The notes below the pieces were generated by a model. The model worked only from the letters and a program-made list of their open reading frames with translations, made no database searches and had not been told where the DNA came from. A stretch of 64,000 bases of DNA, from the IMG/VR virus record IMGVR_UViG_3300027804_000002, one strand, 5' to 3'. This stretch comes from an uncultured virus (IMG/VR IMGVR_UViG_3300027804_000002) (Duplodnaviria; Heunggongvirae; Uroviricota; Caudoviricetes). This document shows, one piece after another, positions 56,287 through 64,000 of this stretch (the stretch's first letter is position 1; each line of letters begins with the position of its first letter). The translations under genes were made by a program, and so were the position numbers.

Positions 56287-56468
56287 TTGGTGCGGTGCAA
56301 CATTGGTGCGGTGCAACATAACCCCCGTTTAAACAATGCACCAATATGGTGCATCATGTTGCGGTGCAATATGCGTGCTTGCGTATATACGCACATATGC
56401 ATATAACCAGCCCGCCCCGTTTAAACAATGCACCAATATGGTGCATCATGTTGCGGTGCAATATGCGT
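56287..56468. repeat. Direct repeats in the non-coding divergence region
   Basis: TTGGTGCGGTGCAACA x2 (56287-56318); 54-bp repeat at 56323-56376 and 56415-56468. Confidence 0.8.
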
Positions 56469-56857
56469 AGGTGCGTATATACGCATTGAGGCATATAGAT
56501 GAATAACCATGCGGGTGCGAGGGGCGATCAGGCGGTGAGGCGAGATAGTGGCATTTTGCCGAGCCAGCGATTGCCCATTATTTCATAATGTGAAAATCCA
56601 TTTAAACGCATTTAAAGCCCCATACAAGCCATTTTTGAAATGAGGTAAGGGGGTATCCTCAGACGATAGGCGATCTCGATTTTCGAGGGTAAACCCTAAG
56701 TATAAAGAGAGCCGAAACCATAACTAAAAGTTATAACCGCCAACTGTAATTTTTCTCACATTGTGGAATGAAAACCCTTGTTTTCCTACACCATATCTAT
56801 ACGATTGAGGTATAGCAATTTTGCTATTTGATTACTAACCTTTAAGGAATAGAACTT

Positions 56858-57466
56858 ATGAACAATAGAGAACAATGGCTCAACACCATTACTAATAAAT
56901 ATCTTCGCCCCCATTTTGCTAGTAAGGGCTACACAATCCCCGCCAATATTAGGCTTTCATGCTCACAATCTAGCAAAGGGATTCACACCAAAAAACATCA
57001 AAAGCGATTCACATTGGGTCAATGCTATCCCGCCTCAATGAGTAGCGATAACACTACTGAGATTATCATTGTGCCGAGTTTGTCCGATTCGGTGCGGGTA
57101 GTTGATGTTTTGATTCATGAACTTTGTCACGCTACTGTCGGCAACAAAGAGGGGCATAACAAGGTTTTCGCTGATTGTGCCTATGCCGTAGGTTTAGAGG
57201 GCAAACCAACCTCAACCAATGCAACAGAGGGTTTAAAACAGGCGATTCTACAATGGGTCAAATATGAGGGCGAATATCCACACGCTACCCTAAACGCTAC
57301 CTATAAAAAGCAATCTACCCGCTTACATAAGTGTGATTGTGTCCATTGTGGTTACACCATGCGGATAAGTAGTAAATGGCTCAAACTCGCTACCCCCCGT
57401 TGTCCTTTAGGTCATGGTGAGATGTTGCACGATTTCGCCTCAGATGATGAGGACACAGAGGAATAA
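56858..57466 (+). CDS. SprT-like zinc metalloprotease
   Basis: 'LIHELCHATVG..EGHNKVF'; C-terminal CxxC...CP. Confidence 0.75.
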   Translation: MNNREQWLNTITNKYLRPHFASKGYTIPANIRLSCSQSSKGIHTKKHQKRFTLGQCYPASMSSDNTTEIIIVPSLSDSVRVVDVLIHELCHATVGNKEGHNKVFADCAYAVGLEGKPTSTNATEGLKQAILQWVKYEGEYPHATLNATYKKQSTRLHKCDCVHCGYTMRISSKWLKLATPRCPLGHGEMLHDFASDDEDTEE

Positions 57467-59212
57467 ACCACAGGGCGGGGCAAACCCCCGCCATGTTTAA
57501 ACACACCAACCAATAGGAAAACAAAACCATGAAATTCACAATCTTAAAACTGATCAAAGAGAAAAAAGTTGTCCCCGCCAAATTGTTAGGCGATCAAACC
57601 CCTAACGGGTTCACATGGCAAGTTAATGATTCTGATGTTTTGGAATATGACCGCACCACTAAGCAATTCACCCTTGAGGTTTATGAGTTCGGTGAAGATG
57701 AATGGGAACTCGTAAAAACTTTAGGGCATGAGCAAGCCTACCAAGTGGCATTAGATGAGGGCATTATTTACGAGTAAACCACAGGGCGGGGCTATCCCCC
57801 GCCATGTTTAAACACACCATATAGGAACTAAAAACATGACACAGACATTAATCATTGAGAAAAAGCAAGTTTATGGGAATGAGGTTTTTTACCCTGTAAA
57901 CGAGCAAGCCAAACTATTTGCAAAGATCGCCAATACTAAAACCCTATTGAGATCAACGATATTGACCGCCAAAGAGTTAGGCTATACCATTGAAGTTAAA
58001 CAACCCGAAACCACATTTTAAGGAACTGAAAACATGACAATCGAACTCAACCCAATCAGCAAAAATATTAATGTTCTAACGCTACCAATGGGGGATATTC
58101 TGTTTAGTTATAAGACCCCTGTTGCGTTTTATGAGATGAACACAGGGAACTATTACAGGACATCTCAAAAGTGGTCAAAAACCACTAGCCGACACATTAA
58201 CCAATGGTTAGCGGATCGACACGCAACAGAGAAAACCACAGAAAAGCCACAGGTATTCTTTGACGAATTGACAGGTTTTATTTAATCAACCACAGGGCGG
58301 GGATTTTCCCCGCATTGTTTAAACATAGGGGCAGTTATGAAAACAAAACTAAAAAACAGATTAGACAAATTAACCAAACTCTATCCGAGTGTGTGGTTTA
58401 AAGATGGGGGCGAGTTTGCCTCTAGCCATGCCAATTCAATTTGGACAGGTGAGGGGAGTGAAATAGAGGGGGATTATGCGTTTAGTTTTTACGGCTACCC
58501 CGACACATTGGGGATACACCCGAAACTAGAAAAGACCCTAAACAAAATGGGGTTATATGCCGAGTTTTATGATGGCGGGACAGTTTTCATTTACGAACAA
58601 TAAGGGGCAACAAAATGCGTAATTTACCATTGATCATCACCACAGTTATTCTCACCGCCATATTCGTTTTGTGCCTGTATGTGGTGCTAGAAAAGGCATT
58701 AGCCATATGCGTAGTAGGGTTAATCTTTACATCTTTTGCTTTTGGGTATATCGTTAGAGATGATTTAAACTAAAGGGGAAAACATGAGGAACAACAGAAT
58801 CACATTATCAATAAATGAAATCGTAAGAGTGGCAGAGGTTTTGGAACTATACAAGGTAGCGTTTAAACAAGACCCCGACAATACCGAATTTTACAGGGGT
58901 GCATATTCCATGCTTACCGATTTGGATATTGAGCCAAAGACCGCAAGCCAATTACTCACCACGATTCAATTCAAGGTGCGTATTGCTAAGATCGATTCCG
59001 AAAAGGAACGACAAGAGGAATACGATTTGACAGTTAAATATCAGTTATGACCAACCAACCACAGGGGGCTATTTTCTAAACCAACCTAGACCCGCCTAGA
59101 TAAGCGGGGGCATTAAACCATTACAACCAAAGAGGCAAATTATGTGAACCAACCTAGACCCGCCTATACAAGCGGGGGCAGTAAACCATTACAACCAAAG
59201 AGGCAGATTATG
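57466..59212 (+). repeat. Intergenic hairpin repeats separating early genes
   Basis: AACCACAGGGCGGGG-loop-CCCCGCCATGTTTAAAC at ~57466, ~57777, ~58289 and a partial copy at ~59057; 66-bp tandem duplication at 59079-59144 and 59147-59212. Confidence 0.8.
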
Positions 59213-59976
59213 ATTGAATATATTGACGAATCAAAAGCGTATGAACTTTATGACGAGATGCTAGACGAACTCTACTCACCCATAAACATAGCGGGCATAG
59301 AGTTCGACCCTAGCAGAGTGTTAAAGGAATTAGACCCAATAGCGTATCAATGCGGGTTTAATGATTGGCTCGACAGTTGCGACCTAACGACTGATCCGAG
59401 TGAACTCGAAACCGAAACCGAATAGGGGAGTGTTTAAACATGACTAAGTTTAGATTTGAGGTTTTTTGTGAAAGTGGCAATTTAATTTATATGGGGGTCA
59501 ATAGTTTAATGGCTACCCAAATTGAATTATTAGGCTACACAGTTAAACGCTATTGGGACAACGAACTTATAGGGAGTGTTTAAACATGGCTAACCCAATT
59601 AATAAAATCCTAGACGATTTGCGGGTGTGTGATGATGTGAAAGAGGCACAGGCAATATTAGACGAAACCTTTTACATTTATGGGGCTGATTCTGAGGAAT
59701 TGGAAAGGGTAGGCGAACTATACCAAACCCGCATAAATGAACTGATCGAGGGGTTAGATCGTGATTATTGACCAACATAGACCGACACTCACAGAGCCAC
59801 AGTTTTATGAGATCGTGCAAACCATAGCCGACATTGGCAAAGATTATGATGACTATAAAACTTATTACAAGATGTGCGACAGATATGGTAAGCAAGTGAT
59901 CGACAACATTGTGTTTAAGATCAATGACATTTATTTAGACATACTAAGAGGGGGTGCGTTTAAACATGAACAATGA
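57529..59976 (+). CDS. Run of small early hypothetical genes (57529-57777, 57836-58021, 58034-58285, 58337-58603, 58784-59050, 59210-59425, 59586-59771, 59761-59976)
   Basis: Co-oriented short ORFs, most with AGGA or GGGG RBS. Confidence 0.6.
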
Positions 59977-60109
59977 AACTTTATTAGAAAAAATTGCATT
60001 GACCATATTGTTTATTTTATTTTTAGGCATTATTCTTAGCGTATGAAAGCATTATTAACATTATTAGGCATTATCAAATTACCAACCACGAAACGAAAGG
60101 CAAAGCCAT

Positions 60110-61192
60110 ATGGCAAACTTATATAAAACCATTTCATTACAGGATACAACCAACCTTATTCAAGCAGTAGGAACGCATACGACTGTATTGGCTCAGGGTG
60201 AGATGGGTATCGGTAAATCATCAATCCTACACGCATTAAGAGCAAAATTAGGGGAAAAATATCATTATTGTTATGGTGATATGACAACCAAAGATGTAGG
60301 CGATTTTCTAGTGCCGAAGATACGCAGTTTAAACGGGGCAGAGGTATGCTCATTTATTCCTAATGAGGAATTTGGTTTTCACCATGACAAACCAATCGTA
60401 TTAATGCTTGATGAGATCGGCAAGGCAAGTAAGGCAGTTATGAATGCTTGTTTACGATTAATGCTAGAACGCAAACTAGGCACTTACTCACTACCGAATG
60501 GATCGATTGTATTTGCAACCACTAACCTAGCCAATGAGGGCATAGGCGATATGTTGCCCCCTCATGCACGCAACCGCCTAACAGTTGTAAAGGTGCGTAA
60601 ACCTACGGCTGACGAGTGGCTCGAAAACTTTGCATTGGATAACGACATAGCCCCTGAAATCTTGCAGACTGTAAAGCAATTCCCGCAGATGTTAGCGAGT
60701 TTCGAGGATTACACTAACCCAAAAGATAATGAGTATATCTACGATCCACGCACACCCCGCCCCGCTTTTGCAACCCCTCGCAGTTTGTCAAAGGCAAGCG
60801 ACATTATTAAAAAGGTCAAACCATTGGGGATCGACATTCTCGGACACGCACTTAAAGGCACTATTGGGGATCGTGCAACCTATGACACATTGACCATTGT
60901 GCAGTTGTCAGAGCAGTTGCCTGATTGGGAAAGCATTATTAAAGAGCCAACAAAAGCACCCATTCCCAAATCGCCCTCAGCAGTTTGTATGCTTGTGTAT
61001 TCGGCAGTTCAACAGATCGACAAGGAAACATTACCCAAGTGGCTTACATACATGAACCGATTAAGCAAAGAATCACAGGGTTTATTTGCTACGAGTGCTA
61101 TGCGAACACAGAAAAAAGCCATTGTTGCAACCAATAAAGAGTTCGTAAAGTGGGCTACCGATAATAACTATATGTTCTCTGGGAGTGTTTAA
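60110..61192 (+). CDS. MoxR-like AAA+ ATPase
   Basis: Walker A 'GEMGIGKS', Walker B 'LMLDE', 'ATTN', 'RNR', 'TPRS'. Confidence 0.85.
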   Translation: MANLYKTISLQDTTNLIQAVGTHTTVLAQGEMGIGKSSILHALRAKLGEKYHYCYGDMTTKDVGDFLVPKIRSLNGAEVCSFIPNEEFGFHHDKPIVLMLDEIGKASKAVMNACLRLMLERKLGTYSLPNGSIVFATTNLANEGIGDMLPPHARNRLTVVKVRKPTADEWLENFALDNDIAPEILQTVKQFPQMLASFEDYTNPKDNEYIYDPRTPRPAFATPRSLSKASDIIKKVKPLGIDILGHALKGTIGDRATYDTLTIVQLSEQLPDWESIIKEPTKAPIPKSPSAVCMLVYSAVQQIDKETLPKWLTYMNRLSKESQGLFATSAMRTQKKAIVATNKEFVKWATDNNYMFSGSV

Positions 61193-61343
61193 ACATGGAT
61201 CAGGCAATTAAAATTATTGATATGCTTATGAACTTAGCCATTGACCTAGCACCCGATCAGGAATTTGCTGAGATGTATGGATTCAATGACAAACTCAATG
61301 AGGCACAAGCATTTATTGACCAACAAAGGAAAGCAAAATAACC

Positions 61344-61766
61344 ATGCCAAACCCAAAAAGCAAAATTGAACTCGATCTATCCAACACCATGCAATATAAG
61401 TTGAGATTGGTTAAGACGATTGAGGAAAAAACCAAACTCATTGACGAGGCTAACCCAATGCTCATGGCTTTTGGTAAAGCACTCAAACCATACAAACCAT
61501 ACCTAACCTATGAGGACAATGTTTAAACTATGCCTAAGATTAAAGACCCATTGTTGATTGATCAAATTTTTGGCTCGTATCAAAAATTTTATGAGGTAGA
61601 TGTAGAGGGTAAGAAAATAATTGCCACTTATACCTTTGATGGTAATGATGGTGAACGAAGTGGGTGGGATTATGACCTAACCCCTTGTTATGTAGATTTA
61701 ACCGAAGATGAAATTCAAGATTTAGAAAATGAATTTTACGAAGTGCTTTGCCAATCCGAAGATTGA
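61344..61766 (+). CDS. Two small hypothetical genes (61344-61526, 61530-61766)
   Basis: Co-oriented short ORFs. Confidence 0.5.
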
Positions 61767-61920
61767 AAGTAATGTTTAAACATGGGGGTAGGGTAAACAC
61801 CTATTGACATGAAACTATTTCACATTGTGAAACCAAGACATGACAAACTTAGGGTTTGCCCTAATATATTTTCCAAGCAAGGTGGGCGAAAATATAGTAT
61901 GGATTTGATGAAAGGCAATT

Positions 61921-62355
61921 ATGAATTTTATATTTAATGATGGTGGTCGATCCAAAGCGGGTTATAAAGGCAAAGCGGGTGATTGTGGGGCAAGGGCTAT
62001 GGCAATAGCGTTAGGTATTGATTACCAAACCGCCTACAACGAATTAGCCCAAGCCAACAAAGACAAAGGGTTTACAAAATCCGCAAGGAACGGCATTTAT
62101 AAAGATGTGTATTCTGATGTATTAAAAAGGCATGGGTGGGTTTGGCACTCAGCACCAAAATTTAAAGTGCTTGAGGGGTATAAAAATTCAGAGGGCAAAG
62201 TTTTATTTGGACGAAAAGCGAAATGTTCAGATATGCCAAGTGGAATTGTAATTGCTAGACAAGCGGGGCATTATGTGGCAGTAATAGATGGTATTCCCAA
62301 TGATATTTGGGATTGCTCAAACAAGATGGTTTATGGATATTGGGGAAAGGTTTAA
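61921..62355 (+). CDS. Conserved phage hypothetical protein
   Basis: 'GDCGARAMAIA...GHYVAVIDG...DIWD' Cys/His/Asp pattern (peptidase-like fold possible). Confidence 0.6.
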   Translation: MNFIFNDGGRSKAGYKGKAGDCGARAMAIALGIDYQTAYNELAQANKDKGFTKSARNGIYKDVYSDVLKRHGWVWHSAPKFKVLEGYKNSEGKVLFGRKAKCSDMPSGIVIARQAGHYVAVIDGIPNDIWDCSNKMVYGYWGKV

Positions 62356-62356
62356 C

Positions 62357-63559
62357 ATGGCACTAACCGCAGAACAACGCATTGAAAAAGCACACATTGA
62401 GATTATGAGGCATGGTGGGTTTGTGGCATACACAAACCTAATCATGGTGGGCGATACCAAGATTGATGACAACGAGCCAACCGCTAGAACTAATGGGCGG
62501 GATATTTGGTATGGTCGCAAGTTCGTAGATTCGCTAACCGACAACGAACTAAGAGGGCTAATCTTGCATGAGGCAAAGCACAAGATGTATCGCCATTTAG
62601 ATACATGGAAACACTTAGCCAAGATCAACCCAATTAAGACCAATGTGGCTTGTGATTTTGTGATTAACATTGAGATCGTAGATGAGGGTAAACAAAATCT
62701 CGACAATCATGGCAAACCATTTTGCGTGTTGCCCGAGGGCGGGTTATATGACGAAAAGTTTAGAGGTTTAAGCACCGCAGATGTGTTCGCATTGTTGCCT
62801 GACTACCAAGGTGGCGGGGGTGGTGGCAAGGGTGATGGCGAGGGTGGTGCGTTTAAACCAATGGATCACCACGATTGGGAAAACGCAGAAAAACTAACCG
62901 AGCAAGAGAAAAAAGAATTAGCCAAAGAGATTGATCAAGCCATACGACAAGGTGCAATTTTAGCGGGTAAAGTAGGCGGGAATCAAAACAGAGCATTTAC
63001 TGATCTTATGAGTGCCAAGGTCGATTGGAAAACCGCCCTTGCTGAGTTCGTTAGTGCAGTATGCAAAGGCAAAGACGATAGCACATGGGCTAAACCAAAT
63101 CGTAGGTGGCTACAACACGATATTTATATGCCCTCTAGCGTAAGTGAAACAATGGGTCGAGTGGTGGTCGCTATTGATACATCAGGGTCTATTAATAATT
63201 ACATATTGAATCGTTTTATATCTGAAGTTGCCAACATGATGGAAAATGTAAACCCCGAATTGGTCGATCTACTTTATTGGGATACAAGAGTTGCGGGGCA
63301 TGAGGTATATGGTTTAAACGAGTTCGACAAAATGACACAATCCACAAAACCCAAAGGTGGTGGTGGAACTGATCCCGATTGTATTGGCAAATACATGACC
63401 AAAAACAATATCGTGCCTGAGTGTGCCATTGTGTTTACAGATGGTTATGTATGTTCATGGGGTGAATGGAGTTGCCCTGTATTGTGGTGCATACTTGATA
63501 ACAAAGATGCTAATCCCAATGTGGGATCAACAATTCATATTGAAATGGGGGATTTATGA
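62357..63559 (+). CDS. DUF2201-type metallopeptidase + VWA domain protein
   Basis: 'ILHEAKH', MIDAS 'IDTSGS', 'GGGGT', 'FTDG'; start at ATG 62357. Confidence 0.88.
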   Translation: MALTAEQRIEKAHIEIMRHGGFVAYTNLIMVGDTKIDDNEPTARTNGRDIWYGRKFVDSLTDNELRGLILHEAKHKMYRHLDTWKHLAKINPIKTNVACDFVINIEIVDEGKQNLDNHGKPFCVLPEGGLYDEKFRGLSTADVFALLPDYQGGGGGGKGDGEGGAFKPMDHHDWENAEKLTEQEKKELAKEIDQAIRQGAILAGKVGGNQNRAFTDLMSAKVDWKTALAEFVSAVCKGKDDSTWAKPNRRWLQHDIYMPSSVSETMGRVVVAIDTSGSINNYILNRFISEVANMMENVNPELVDLLYWDTRVAGHEVYGLNEFDKMTQSTKPKGGGGTDPDCIGKYMTKNNIVPECAIVFTDGYVCSWGEWSCPVLWCILDNKDANPNVGSTIHIEMGDL

Positions 63560-64000
63560 ATCAGGAAAAAATGACCGAGGAATTGTGGGATTGGCTATAC
63601 CTATTTCACCCGCAATTAGTTAGCAAATTTTTAGAGTTTTATTCTTATAAACAAGCATTGAAAGGCAAATAAAATGGGACATTGGAAAGGCATGAGGTCA
63701 TCATCTCAAGTTCAAAGTGAAAGCCCCAATAAATACTTAAACTTTGAAAAGGTTAAAGAGATTTACGAAAACACAAAACCGATCAGGGGTAAGCGGGAGT
63801 GTTTAAACATTCGCCCTGTCGGTGAAAGGGGTCGAACACAGGATAGAGTTATTAAGGTGAGTGATGAGGAATATTACTTAACTTGCAATTCTTATGCGTA
63901 TGTTAGCAAAGACAAAAAAGAGCATGACAACCATTGTAGGGCGATCACATTTAGAATGTGCTACGATACTGAAACTATTATTATCCACACACCAACAGGC

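Noticed and set aside
1..64000. Prophage or host chromosome context for acpS, ACP, KS, nrdJ and groES
   Set aside because: No integrase, att site or run of host genes is visible, and these genes sit inside phage operons, several overlapping phage genes.

Overview
The whole window is tailed dsDNA phage sequence with a podovirus-like virion module. No integrase or host housekeeping context is visible. It has three blocks. (1) A + strand replication and metabolism arm (1-18.7 kb): sigma factor, primase-helicase, VRR-NUC, HNH, SNF2 helicase, Cas4-like exonuclease, SSB, class II RNR and family A polymerase. (2) A convergent - strand virion and lysis arm (18.7-55.8 kb): terminase, portal, GroES, scaffold, capsid, collagen fibre with a glycosyltransferase, five fibre/chaperone pairs, two endolysins, tail and ejection proteins. 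(3) A + strand early region (56.8-64 kb) of small genes separated by repeats, with a MoxR-like ATPase and a VWA-metallopeptidase. The most unusual elements are: a phage-encoded AcpS + ACP + ketosynthase trio; an 81-nt tmRNA-like RNA that keeps only the alanyl-tRNA-like domain; late proteins punctuated by a recurring [MFYL]xxGG motif, one carrying an embedded methyltransferase; a free-standing, catalytically degenerate intein next to the large terminase; two inverted copies of an iteron-like element 54.7 kb apart; and a GGGCG-N15-TTGCATTAGT promoter family with apparently leaderless transcripts. All assignments come from motif recognition by eye; no searches were run.
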